Shown here one piece after another: positions 18,010 to 26,820 of a DNA stretch of 32,607 nt (position 1 is the first letter of the stretch; every line of letters starts with the position of its first letter). The stretch is taken from positions 1-32,607 of the forward strand of contig JBFKTF010000003.1 in the NCBI GenBank assembly GCA_041636435.1. Direction: 5' to 3'. This DNA is from Thermoplasmatota archaeon (GTDB lineage: Archaea; Thermoplasmatota; E2; JACPAO01; JAHFTW01). The notes below the pieces were generated by a model, which saw nothing but the letters and a program-made list of their open reading frames with translations, did not search any database and was not told where the DNA came from. Both the position numbers and the translations under genes were made by a program.

Positions 18010-18753
18010 ATGCCCGCGTTCAAGGCCAAGGTCAAGGCGGAAGTGCTCAAGACGGTCCTCGATGCCGTCCAGACTCTCGTGGACGAGACCAAGATCCAGA
18101 TCAGCGCCGAGGGCATCAGCCTCAAGGCCGTCGACCCCGCCCACGTGGCCATGGTCGACCTCAGTCTCGGCAAGGGCGCCTTCACCGAGTTCCACGGTGA
18201 CGACATGGAGATTGGCATCGACCTGGACAAGCTGAAGGACATCCTGAAGCTCGCCAGCAGCGGCGACGAAATCGGCCTCGAATACAAGGAAGACAGCCAC
18301 CGTCTCGTCTTCAGCATCGGCCACATCACGCGCCGCATGGCCCTGGTGGACACCACCAACATGGGCGACCCCAAGGTCCCCAACCTGAACCTCCCCAGCA
18401 AGGTCACCATCCTCGCCGGCGAGCTGCAGCAGGGCATCAAGGCCAGCGAGGCGGTCAGCGACCACATCGCCCTGGTCACCAACAGCGAATCCTTCGAGCT
18501 CATCGCCGACGGCGACACCGACCAGGTGCACCTCAAGCTCACCGGCGACGACCTCATCAAGATGGAGGCCCCCGAGGAGAGCCGCAGCCTGTTCAGCCTG
18601 GACTACTTTGCCAACATGAGCAAGGTCGTCAAGGGCGGCGACACCATCACCCTCAACCTCGGCACCGACTACCCGGTGAAGATGGAGTTCGACATCGCCG
18701 GCGGCGGCGGCCACATCACCTACCTGCTGGCGCCCCGCATCGAATCGGACTGA
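18010..18753 (+). CDS. pcn: DNA polymerase sliding clamp PCNA
   Basis: 'LKAVDPAHVAMV', 'SLFSLDY', 'LGTDYP', C-terminal 'YLLAPRIE'; CTTAAG TATA at 17973. Confidence 0.97.
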   Translation: MPAFKAKVKAEVLKTVLDAVQTLVDETKIQISAEGISLKAVDPAHVAMVDLSLGKGAFTEFHGDDMEIGIDLDKLKDILKLASSGDEIGLEYKEDSHRLVFSIGHITRRMALVDTTNMGDPKVPNLNLPSKVTILAGELQQGIKASEAVSDHIALVTNSESFELIADGDTDQVHLKLTGDDLIKMEAPEESRSLFSLDYFANMSKVVKGGDTITLNLGTDYPVKMEFDIAGGGGHITYLLAPRIESD

Positions 18754-19142
18754 TGACGTCCACGGGGTGGCCCGCGGCCGCCCGTTGCGGCGCCGTGCTG
18801 CTCGTCCTAGCGCTGGCTGGCTGCATCGACGACATCGGCAAGCAGACCTCCATCCAGGTCGACCACACCGGCGAACGCCAAGCCCTCATGGCCGAGCGCC
18901 AACTGACCTGCGGCGACCAAGTCCTGCTGCGCTTCGATATCCAACGCATCGACGAACGCCTGCAACTCCGCATCCTGGATGGCGTCGGCCGCATGGTGTT
19001 GGAGGAGCAGTTTGGGGGCGATGGGCGCGCACCATCCTTGGGCTCCGACGAACGGAGTCTGTTTGGCGAACCCGGCGATTGGCGCCTATTGGCCGAATGG
19101 GAAGGTGCCGACATCGCCTTCGAAGCCCGCCTCACCTGCTGA
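18753..19142 (+). CDS. Predicted lipoprotein (paralog 1)
   Basis: Lipobox LAGC; beta-rich domain containing 'GEPGDWRL'; ends in Cys. Confidence 0.7.
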   Translation: MTSTGWPAAARCGAVLLVLALAGCIDDIGKQTSIQVDHTGERQALMAERQLTCGDQVLLRFDIQRIDERLQLRILDGVGRMVLEEQFGGDGRAPSLGSDERSLFGEPGDWRLLAEWEGADIAFEARLTC

Positions 19143-19179
19143 GCACAACCGCTAAGCGGCGCGGCGCGACTGAGGTGGC

Positions 19180-19611
19180 ATGATTGGACGCGCGATGGCC
19201 CTCTGCCTCGCTTTCTTGCTTGCAGGCTGCGTCGCCTACGAGGGATCGCCAACTGGCGTCAGCGGCCACTCCAATGGTCCCCAAACCTACGACCAGAAAT
19301 CTGTGGGCAACACCCCCGACAGCTTCGGTTACAGCATGAGCGCCGGCAACAAGTCGACGCTCGAGCAATACGACTGGGAGAACGGCGCCAGCCGCGCCGT
19401 CATCGGGCTCAGCGGCCACGTCCAACAAGGCTCCCTGACGCTCACCATCAAGGACACCGCCGGCCTCGTGGTCTATGCGCAGACCTTCACCGGCAGCGAC
19501 TCCCAAGGCGTCTACTCCGAACGAGGCGTTCCCGGCGAGTGGCAAATCGAGCTCCAATTCGAAGACTACACGGGATCGCTGAGCCTCGGCATCTCGGCCC
19601 ATTACGGCTGA
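19180..19611 (+). CDS. Predicted lipoprotein (paralog 2)
   Basis: Lipobox LAGC; 'LTLTIKDTAGLVVY', 'GVPGEWQIELQF'. Confidence 0.75.
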   Translation: MIGRAMALCLAFLLAGCVAYEGSPTGVSGHSNGPQTYDQKSVGNTPDSFGYSMSAGNKSTLEQYDWENGASRAVIGLSGHVQQGSLTLTIKDTAGLVVYAQTFTGSDSQGVYSERGVPGEWQIELQFEDYTGSLSLGISAHYG

Positions 19612-19662
19612 ATCCCACCCGCCGCCCGGAATCCCTAAGTGCCCGGCGTCGGGGTGATGGCC

Positions 19663-20064
19663 ATGGTCGGACGCGTGTTCCTCCTTGCCAGCATCGTCCT
19701 GTTCGCCGGCTGCATCGACGTCGAACAGGGAAATCAAGGCCAATCGGCTGAAGCGGAAGGCGAACAAGAGGTCGCCATCGCAGGCCAAGGGCAGATGACG
19801 GGCAGCAAATCCAAGCAAGTCGCATGCGACGGCTCCGCCCGCATCTCCGTCGGCATCCAAGGCCAAGGCGGCGTGGACGTCACGGTCCGCGATGGCTCCG
19901 GCGACAAGGTCTACGAGAAGTCCTTCGACGGCCAAGGCCAGACGGCCGACGACGTGAGCCGCACCGGCTCCGCCGGCACCTGGCAACTGCATGTGGAGTT
20001 CAGTGGCAGCACCTACTACCCCATGGGCTTCCAAGGCCAGTACGGGATCTACCTGCGCTGCTGA
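19663..20064 (+). CDS. Predicted lipoprotein (paralog 3)
   Basis: Lipobox FAGC; 'VDVTVRDGSGDKVY', 'GSAGTWQLHVEF'; ends in Cys. Start could be 19657. Confidence 0.75.
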   Translation: MVGRVFLLASIVLFAGCIDVEQGNQGQSAEAEGEQEVAIAGQGQMTGSKSKQVACDGSARISVGIQGQGGVDVTVRDGSGDKVYEKSFDGQGQTADDVSRTGSAGTWQLHVEFSGSTYYPMGFQGQYGIYLRC

Positions 20065-20096
20065 GCTTTGAAGTAGGCCCCGCCTCTGGCCACGAC

Positions 20097-21203
20097 GTGG
20101 ACCTGGTCCGGCTGGCGTACTACCCCTTCCTGCCGGAGGTCCCCGGCGTGGTGCGGGAAGTGGGCCCCGACATGGGGCAGGTCCTGACCAGCGGCATCTA
20201 CTCCGGCGTCCGCCGACGCGGCTTGGCCCGGGTGGAGGGCGCCATGGACGACCGGCAGATTCCGCCAGTCACCATCACCGATGAGCGCGGCGCCCTGGCC
20301 GAAATCTTGTCGGTCCCCATCGCCCGCATGCTGGTCACGCTGGTGGCGGATCGGACCCTGCGTCGCCGCTACGCGGAAGCCGAAGGTGCCCGCCTGGAAG
20401 CCGTGCTCAAGGAAGACGCCGACAGCATCCCCGTGGCCGCCGAGGCACTGGGCGTCCAAGTGGTTCCCCACGGCGACGCGTGGCGCATCCACATGACCGA
20501 CTACTTGCAGGTGGCGCCCACCCACGAAGCGGAATGGAAACTCATCCTCCGCCCCGTCGAACAAGGCTGGGTCCCCTTGAGCGGGCTCAGCGTCTCCCGC
20601 TTGTGCCGCGAAGCCCTGGCCAAGCGCATCGAAGAGGAACTGGAAGCGGAAGCCAAGAAGCCCGTGCACGACGAAGTCCGCATGGCCCTGCAACCGATGC
20701 TGGACGAACTGGGCCCCAAGCTCGCCGAAGCCCGCGAGAACTGGCAAACCGGCGACTTTGGCCCCGTGCGGCGCGAACTGTTCCCGCCCTGCATCGTGGC
20801 GTTGTTCAACGACATGAAGGACGGCAAGATGATTCCCCACCACGGCCGCTTCGCCATGGCCAGCTTCCTCGGGACCATCGGCATGACCGTCCAAGACGTC
20901 ATGGACTACTTCCGGGAAATTCCCAACTTCGACCCCGAGAAGTCCCGCTACCAAATCGAGCACATCCTGGGCGACCGGGGTGTCGATGGCTACACGCCGC
21001 CGGGCTGCGGATGGATGCAGACCAACGGCGTGTGCCCCCTCGAAGCACGCGACAACTTGTGCTTCAAAATCAAGCACCCGCTCAGCTACTACCGTGCCCG
21101 CCTGCGCTTCCAAAAGGAAGACGAAGAGAAGGCGGCCAAGCTCATCGAACACGAACGGCGCAAGAAGGAAGCCTTGGCCAAGGCGGGGGCGGCCAATGAG
21201 TGA
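20097..21203 (+). CDS. priL: DNA primase large subunit
   Basis: 'YPFLPE', 'WKLILRPVEQGWV', four Fe-S Cys ('FPPCI', 'YTPPGC', 'VCP', 'LCF..KHPLSYY'). GTG start inferred. Confidence 0.93.
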   Translation: MDLVRLAYYPFLPEVPGVVREVGPDMGQVLTSGIYSGVRRRGLARVEGAMDDRQIPPVTITDERGALAEILSVPIARMLVTLVADRTLRRRYAEAEGARLEAVLKEDADSIPVAAEALGVQVVPHGDAWRIHMTDYLQVAPTHEAEWKLILRPVEQGWVPLSGLSVSRLCREALAKRIEEELEAEAKKPVHDEVRMALQPMLDELGPKLAEARENWQTGDFGPVRRELFPPCIVALFNDMKDGKMIPHHGRFAMASFLGTIGMTVQDVMDYFREIPNFDPEKSRYQIEHILGDRGVDGYTPPGCGWMQTNGVCPLEARDNLCFKIKHPLSYYRARLRFQKEDEEKAAKLIEHERRKKEALAKAGAANE

Positions 21204-22470
21204 ACCGCCGGCGCAGTTTCCGCCGCCGGTGGCCAAGACCATCGACTGGCTCAAGGAGAACTGGTCCTGGTACTACGCCCACAACCCACCGCCCATGCCG
21301 GATCGCTACACGCGCCGCGAATTCGGCTTCATGTTGTGGCCCGACAAGCCCGGCCCGCCCCCGTTTTTCCGCCACCGCGCATACAGTGACCGCAAGCGGT
21401 TCACCGACTACTTGGCCTACAAGGCCCCCCACAGTTGCTACTACTCCACCGCCTACTACCGCCGCCCCGCGGAACTCAAGATGGCGGACAAGGGCTGGCT
21501 CGGCGCCGAACTAATCTTCGACTTGGACGCCGACCACTTGGACGAAGCCGAAGCCGCCAAGGCCCGCGGCGAGGAAATGCCCATCGAGGACCAGCTGCGC
21601 ATCGTCAAGGACCAATTCCGCCGCCTGCTGGACGAGTTCATCTTCGGCGACTTCGGCGTCGACCCCAAGGACGTCTTCCTCACCTTCTCCGGTGGCCGTG
21701 GCTACCACGCCCACGTCATGGATCCGCGCATGATGGCCCTGGACAACAAGGCCCGCCGCGAGATCGTCGACTACATCACCGGCAAGGTCCCCACCGCCAA
21801 AGGCACCGACGAGCCGGACTTGTCCCCGTTCATCTGGGAGAAGGCCTTGGACGTGCGCGGCCAAGGTCAATGGGCCAAGGTCCGCAAAGCGCAGTACATG
21901 CATCCCGTCGACGCGCCCGGGTGGCAAGGTCGCCTCACGCGGAGTCTCGTGCAGATTCTCCAGACCCAAGTGCTGGATGCGCCCCGCGACGACGCCATGG
22001 CGTGGCTCGTGCACGACGTCGACGGCGTTGGCAAGAAGTCGGCCGAGACCTTCCTGGATGCCTTCGATGCCGAGAAACTGGACCGCATCGGCAAGGGCTA
22101 CCTCGAGCAAGGCACCGTCGTCAAGCGCGTGTGCAAGCACGTGCTGGCGCAATCCGCCCTGGCCCTGGGCAAGGGCGAAACCGACGAACCCGTCACCGCG
22201 GACGTCAAGCGCCTGATTCGCTTGCCCGGGAGCCTGCACGGCAAGTCGGGCCTGCGCGTCGTGACGTTGACGCGCGACGAGCTCGACGACTTTGATCCAT
22301 TCCGCGACGCCGTCGCCTTCCCCATGGACCCCGTCAAGCTCGTGCCTCGCAGCGACCAAAGTGTCACCTTGGCCGGGGAACGCGTCGCCGTCAAGGGTGG
22401 CGATGAAACCGAGGTGCCCATGGCGCACGCGGTCTGGATGTGCGCGCGGCAGCAAGCAAGTCTTGCCTAG
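21196..22470 (+). CDS. priS: DNA primase small (catalytic) subunit
   Basis: 'REFGF', 'YYSTAYY', 'GAELIFDLDADHL', 'SGGRGYH', 'DEPVTADVKRLIRLPGSLHGKSG'. Confidence 0.96.
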   Translation: MSEPPAQFPPPVAKTIDWLKENWSWYYAHNPPPMPDRYTRREFGFMLWPDKPGPPPFFRHRAYSDRKRFTDYLAYKAPHSCYYSTAYYRRPAELKMADKGWLGAELIFDLDADHLDEAEAAKARGEEMPIEDQLRIVKDQFRRLLDEFIFGDFGVDPKDVFLTFSGGRGYHAHVMDPRMMALDNKARREIVDYITGKVPTAKGTDEPDLSPFIWEKALDVRGQGQWAKVRKAQYMHPVDAPGWQGRLTRSLVQILQTQVLDAPRDDAMAWLVHDVDGVGKKSAETFLDAFDAEKLDRIGKGYLEQGTVVKRVCKHVLAQSALALGKGETDEPVTADVKRLIRLPGSLHGKSGLRVVTLTRDELDDFDPFRDAVAFPMDPVKLVPRSDQSVTLAGERVAVKGGDETEVPMAHAVWMCARQQASLA

Positions 22471-22530
22471 GTGCCGGGGTGGCGCGCTGTCGCCAGGCAT
22501 GCTTAAGCCGCCCCCAGCGGGTCCGGCTGC

Positions 22531-23259
22531 GTGCAGATTCCCCGCGTCCAGGCGGCGTTGGTCGTCGTTGGGTTGCTGGCCACCGCGGCCCTGCCCCAAC
22601 TGTGGCCCGTGGATGCATTCGTGAACCAGGTTGGCTGCGCGAGCGCTCCGGTGCTCGACGACGACGCCTTGGTCATCCAGCGCCCCCAACTGGGCCCATG
22701 GAACATGGACGATGCATCGTCTCGCATGTTCCATTACGACGCCGAGGCCGACGTGACGTGGGTGCTCCCAGGCTGCGGCCACGAAGCCGCCGCCGTGGCG
22801 TTCCGCGTGCAAGGTGACCATCGGGATGCCAAGGAATTGACCATCCGGCCAGGGCCCGGCGCCGATGGGACGCCGATTCCGTTCAACCACAGCCACGTGC
22901 ATTGGGTCTACTCAGGCGTCTACGAAGCCACGCCCCAAGGCCTGCGCATCGCCGCCTTCGCAGCACCTTGGGCCCTCGTGGTCGCCGCCGCAGGCCACGC
23001 CATCGCACCGGGGCGGCGAGACGCCATCGTCGGCGCCATCGCCACCGTGGCCGGCGTCTGGGGCGGCATCGAAGCGGGGCACCTGGGCCTCTTGGCCTTC
23101 CCCGCCATGTTGGGTTCGATTCTGCTGGTCGTCGTGGGCGCGACATCTCGATGGCTCTGGTCGCGGCCCTGGGGATTGCCCCTGGCCCAAGCCGGCATCG
23201 GGATGCTGGTGGCCATCTTGTGGGCCTTCACGCACCTCCCCCACCCCATCGACGCCTGA
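22531..23259 (+). CDS. Hypothetical membrane protein (N-terminal signal/TM, extracellular domain, ~4 C-terminal TM)
   Basis: Hydrophobicity pattern; own CTTAAG TATA at 22502-22507. Confidence 0.6.
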   Translation: MQIPRVQAALVVVGLLATAALPQLWPVDAFVNQVGCASAPVLDDDALVIQRPQLGPWNMDDASSRMFHYDAEADVTWVLPGCGHEAAAVAFRVQGDHRDAKELTIRPGPGADGTPIPFNHSHVHWVYSGVYEATPQGLRIAAFAAPWALVVAAAGHAIAPGRRDAIVGAIATVAGVWGGIEAGHLGLLAFPAMLGSILLVVVGATSRWLWSRPWGLPLAQAGIGMLVAILWAFTHLPHPIDA

Positions 23260-23297
23260 CCGCCAACCGTTAAAGGAATCCGGCGGGTCCAACGGCC

Positions 23298-24020
23298 GTG
23301 GCGGACGAGAGCATCTCCTACGAGATGCTGCAGGACATGCTCCGATCGGAGCGGCGCAGCAACAAGCTGGGCCCAGCGCCGAGCAGGTTCTGGCACGACG
23401 TCCGTTCGTTCTTGGAGGAAGTCATGGCCAACTTCCGCCAGGAGCAACAAAAGGATCCGTTCAGCCGCCGCGTCATGATGGTCACCGACGAGGTGAAGCA
23501 TGCCCAGCAAGCCGCCGAGTCGCTGTGGGCCCTGCGCGAGCGCAAGATGAGTCTCTACGCGCTCAGCCAAGTCCGCGAACCGAATCCCCAACGCCCCGAT
23601 GGGTTGACTCCCGACGAGGAGCGCATCTACGACCACATCCTGGCCGCTCTGCAAGATGGGCGCCAGATGATTCTGGAGGGGGCTCGGCTCCCCGAGCGTG
23701 GCAGAAAGCCCGTGCAAGACAAGGCGGCGGCCCCCAAGCCGCACCAAGTCGCCCAGGCTCCGGCGCCCCCGGCTCCAGAACCGGCCCCGCCAGAAGCCCC
23801 TGCCGAAGCCAAGGAGGCACCCAGCCCCGCCACGGTCCCGGCCGACACCCCCGACACGCCGCTAGTCACCATCCGCGCCTTGTCGGACATCCCGGCCTTC
23901 GTGGGGCCCGACATGCAGACCTACCTGCTCAAAGAGGGCGACGTGGCCACCGTGCCCGAACCGATTGCCACCTTGCTCCAGAAGCGCAAGAAGGCCGCGG
24001 CCATCGACGTCACGGCATGA
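23298..24020 (+). CDS. GINS subunit (Gins51-type: A domain, Pro/Ala linker, B domain)
   Basis: 'RSERRSNKL', 'RERKM', 'LTPDEERIY', B domain 'IRALSDIPAFVGPDMQTYLLKEGDVATVP'; synteny with priS. Confidence 0.9.
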   Translation: MADESISYEMLQDMLRSERRSNKLGPAPSRFWHDVRSFLEEVMANFRQEQQKDPFSRRVMMVTDEVKHAQQAAESLWALRERKMSLYALSQVREPNPQRPDGLTPDEERIYDHILAALQDGRQMILEGARLPERGRKPVQDKAAAPKPHQVAQAPAPPAPEPAPPEAPAEAKEAPSPATVPADTPDTPLVTIRALSDIPAFVGPDMQTYLLKEGDVATVPEPIATLLQKRKKAAAIDVTA

Positions 24021-24056
24021 GCCAACGCCCTTAAGCCGCGCATCGGTCGCCGCTGC

Positions 24057-24416
24057 ATGGAACACAGCGCGCAGAACACTCGCTTCCAGGAGCAGAACGA
24101 CGAGGGCGAGATCGCCGCGTCCGTCTACTACTCCAACCACGACCTGCGCGAGATGTTCAGCCGCGAGAACGCCGAACGCCGCCGCACCGGCGGCAAGATG
24201 CTGCGCAAACTCCTCACCGCAGCCCAAGACAAGAAGTGCATGGCGCAGATGGTGAAGATCCGCGAAGCATACGACGTCGCCAACAACGACGACGTCATCT
24301 TGGTCTGGGTCAAGCAACAGATTGACGCCGGCAAGGTCGACGACATCCACGCGGAATTGGTGAAGGCGGCCTTGACGACGAAGATCCCCGAGCGGGACGG
24401 CCCCTTCGAACCCTAA
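24057..24416 (+). CDS. Hypothetical protein
   Basis: 119-aa ORF with host-like codon usage and its own CTTAAG TATA at 24030-24035. Confidence 0.65.
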   Translation: MEHSAQNTRFQEQNDEGEIAASVYYSNHDLREMFSRENAERRRTGGKMLRKLLTAAQDKKCMAQMVKIREAYDVANNDDVILVWVKQQIDAGKVDDIHAELVKAALTTKIPERDGPFEP

Positions 24417-24703
24417 CGCGTTTCCATCGCGTCGAAGCCGGCTTCCAAGTCGCCCATGGCGTCGTCCACGGCGGACAATGCTCGTTGCAGCTTGGACAAC
24501 AATTCGGCCGTGTCCATGTTGCGCCGCTGGGTCAACGCCTCCGTGGCTTCCGAGGCCGTATCGGTCAGGTCTTGATGCAACGCCATCAAGCGCTGCCGGC
24601 GCACCGGGCTCGTGCCGCGCTGCCCGGCGATGCGCTGAATCAAATCCGCCATGGCCAACGGGAACTGGGCCAAGGTGAGGATCAGGTCCTCATCGTCTTG
24701 CAC
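24413..24703 (-). CDS. Hypothetical all-helical protein
   Basis: 96 aa, amphipathic helices; GGAGGTG upstream; start overlaps the 3' end of the receiver gene. Confidence 0.6.
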   Translation of the reverse strand: MQDDEDLILTLAQFPLAMADLIQRIAGQRGTSPVRRQRLMALHQDLTDTASEATEALTQRRNMDTAELLSKLQRALSAVDDAMGDLEAGFDAMETR

Positions 24704-25064
24704 GGTCCACCTCCGCCAAGATCTGCTGGCGGAACAAGCCGAAGTCCATGATCTTCTCGACCTGGGCGTCGCAACCCGCCGCCTTGACCTCCTCCCCGGT
24801 GTAGCGGTCCACGAACGCCGTGCAGGCGACGAGGCGCGCGTGGCGCGTGTGGTGGTGGCTGCGCAGGCGGCGGGCCAAATCCAGGCCGCTCTCGCCGCCC
24901 AGGTGGATGTCCAACAACCCGATGTCGGGCGTCCAGTCGTTGACGACTTCCATGGCCTCGTCCACGCTGGCGACCATGCGCACGTCGTGGCCTTGGTCTG
25001 CGAACAACAGCTCGTAGACGATGCGGTTGAGGGGATCGTCTTCCACGATCAAGACCCGGGCCAC
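24690..25064 (-). CDS. Single-domain response regulator receiver (CheY/DivK-like)
   Basis: 'VLIVEDD', phosphoacceptor 'LLDIHLGGESG', 'ACTA', 'VEK'. Confidence 0.9.
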   Translation of the reverse strand: MARVLIVEDDPLNRIVYELLFADQGHDVRMVASVDEAMEVVNDWTPDIGLLDIHLGGESGLDLARRLRSHHHTRHARLVACTAFVDRYTGEEVKAAGCDAQVEKIMDFGLFRQQILAEVDRARR

Positions 25065-25138
25065 GAGTGCACCAAGTGGTGGCGGTAGATTATCTGCATG
25101 GTCCAGAAGGGCGGCCCGCGCCCCTGCCCTCAACGGTC

Positions 25139-25144
25139 TTATAT
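25139..25144 (+). promoter_or_regulatory. TATA box upstream of the L44e-S27e operon
   Basis: TTATAT in a GC-rich context about 95 nt upstream of the L44e ATG. Confidence 0.55.
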
Positions 25145-25237
25145 GGGTCCTTTGTCGGCGACCCTGCCTCTCATCCATTCATCGCGCCCCCGGATCGTCA
25201 GACCGGTCGTCGTTAGGGAAGAGGCGGAGGAATCCCC

Positions 25238-25516
25238 ATGAAGGTCCCCCGCAACACCAAGCGCTACTGCGCCAAGTGCAAGAAGCACACCGAACACGAG
25301 ACCCAGCGCGTCAAGAAGAAGCGCGCCTCGGAACTGAAGTGGGGTCAGCGTCGTTTCCGCAAGGTCACCGCTGGCTACCGTGGTTTCCCGCGTCCCAAGC
25401 CCGAAGGCCGCGAGAAGCCGACCAAGCGCATCCTGCTCCGCTACCAGTGCAGCACGTGCCAATACACGAAGCAGCCCGCGGCCCGCCGCGCCAAGAAGTT
25501 CGAACTCACGGAGTGA
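25238..25516 (+). CDS. rpl44e: 50S ribosomal protein L44e (eL42)
   Basis: '[11 protein letters not shown]', 'KWGQR', 'KPTKR...YQCSTC'. Confidence 0.97.
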   Translation: MKVPRNTKRYCAKCKKHTEHETQRVKKKRASELKWGQRRFRKVTAGYRGFPRPKPEGREKPTKRILLRYQCSTCQYTKQPAARRAKKFELTE

Positions 25517-25521
25517 ATCAA

Positions 25522-25689
25522 ATGGCTTCCAGTTTCCTCAAGGTCAAGTGCACCGACTGCGGCAACGAACAGATCATGTTCCAGCGCGCAGCCAGCAAGG
25601 TCGACTGCCTCGTCTGCGGCGCCAACCTCGCCACCCCCACCGGTGGCCGGGCGCACGTCAAGGGCGAAGTCGTCAGCACGCTCGAATAG
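25522..25689 (+). CDS. rps27e: 30S ribosomal protein S27e
   Basis: 'FLKVKCTDCGNEQIMF...VDCLVCGANLATPTGG'. Confidence 0.97.
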   Translation: MASSFLKVKCTDCGNEQIMFQRAASKVDCLVCGANLATPTGGRAHVKGEVVSTLE

Positions 25690-25724
25690 AGCGACGACCG
25701 CACGCCGTGTCCGGCTCCGGCCGG

Positions 25725-25750
25725 TTCCCTTTCCCCTTTCCCTCCACTTT
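25725..25750 (+). terminator. Putative pyrimidine-rich terminator after S27e
   Basis: TTCCCTTTCCCCTTTCCCTCCACTTT tract; a new TATA-like element follows before aIF2alpha. Confidence 0.45.
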
Positions 25751-25846
25751 GCGCCCATTGGGCACGCGTTGAATCTCCCCTGAGCGGAGCCGCCGCGCCG
25801 AACTTCGTCCCCCTTTCTTTATGACCAAGGGGCGACTAGGCGAAGC

Positions 25847-26644
25847 GTGGCCAAACTGACTGAATTCCCGGAGGAAGGCGAACTCGTCGTCGGGACCGTG
25901 CACAAGGTGCAGAACTTCGGCGCCTTCATCCTGCTTGAAGAGTACGGCGGCAAGGAGGGCTTCTGCCACATCCGCGAAGTCGCCAGTGGCTGGGTCAAGC
26001 GCATCCGTGACTTCGTCCGGGAACAGCAGCGCGTCGTCTGCAAGGTGCAGGGCGTCAACGAATCCAAGGGCCACATTGACCTGAGCCTCAAGGCCGTCAA
26101 CGACCACCAGCGCCGCGAAACCATCCAGCGCTGGAAGAACGAGCAGAAGGCCGACAAGCTCCTGGAAATGTTCAGCGAGCGCCTCGGCATGGACATGGAG
26201 ACCATCCAGACGATGGTCGTGAAGCCCTGCCTCGGTGTCTGGGAATCGATGTACGATGCATTCCAGGACGCCGCCGAGCTCGGTGAGGACGTCTTCAAGG
26301 AAGAGAAGCTGGAAGGCGACTGGGTCCAGGAATTCATCGACTTCGCCAAGGAGAACATCCAGGCCCAATACGTCGAAGTGGTCGGCTTCGTCGAAGTCCG
26401 CAGCAACGGCCCCACCGGCGTCAAGGACCTGCAAAAGTCCCTCAAGCAAGCCGAGAAGTCGGAATTCGAGGACGTCAAGATCGCGGTCACCTACAAGGGT
26501 GCCCCGTACTACCGCGTCGAAGTGCAGGCCCCCGACTACAAGATCGGCGAGGAACAACTGCGCAAGGCCGCCGACCGTGCCGTCGCCACCATCCAGAAGG
26601 CCGGCGGCACCGGGGCCTTCCACCGCGAACTCGACGAGGCCTGA
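25847..26644 (+). CDS. eif2a: Translation initiation factor aIF-2 alpha
   Basis: S1 domain 'FPEEGELVVGTV...GAFILLEEY...EVASGWVKRIRD', 'IDLSLK', 'GAPYYR'. Confidence 0.96.
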   Translation: MAKLTEFPEEGELVVGTVHKVQNFGAFILLEEYGGKEGFCHIREVASGWVKRIRDFVREQQRVVCKVQGVNESKGHIDLSLKAVNDHQRRETIQRWKNEQKADKLLEMFSERLGMDMETIQTMVVKPCLGVWESMYDAFQDAAELGEDVFKEEKLEGDWVQEFIDFAKENIQAQYVEVVGFVEVRSNGPTGVKDLQKSLKQAEKSEFEDVKIAVTYKGAPYYRVEVQAPDYKIGEEQLRKAADRAVATIQKAGGTGAFHRELDEA

Positions 26645-26646
26645 TC

Positions 26647-26820
26647 ATGGCCAAGGTGCTGCTCAAGCGCTGCACGAAGTGCAAGGAGTACACCTTGCAA
26701 GAGACCTGCACGCACTGTGGCGGCGCTGCCCGGCCCAATCGGCCGGCCAAGTACAGTCCCGAGGACCACCGTGGCGAGTACCGGCGCAAGCTGAAGCAAC
26801 TGGACCGCGAGAAGGCATGA
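26647..26820 (+). CDS. nop10: H/ACA RNP protein Nop10
   Basis: 'CTKCKEYTLQETCTHCGG...PAKYSPEDHRGEYRRK'; synteny. Confidence 0.95.
   Translation: MAKVLLKRCTKCKEYTLQETCTHCGGAARPNRPAKYSPEDHRGEYRRKLKQLDREKA

Noticed and set aside
23730-23860. Repetitive Pro/Ala-rich stretch in GINS
   Set aside because: Low-complexity interdomain linker typical of euryarchaeal GINS, not a DNA repeat array.
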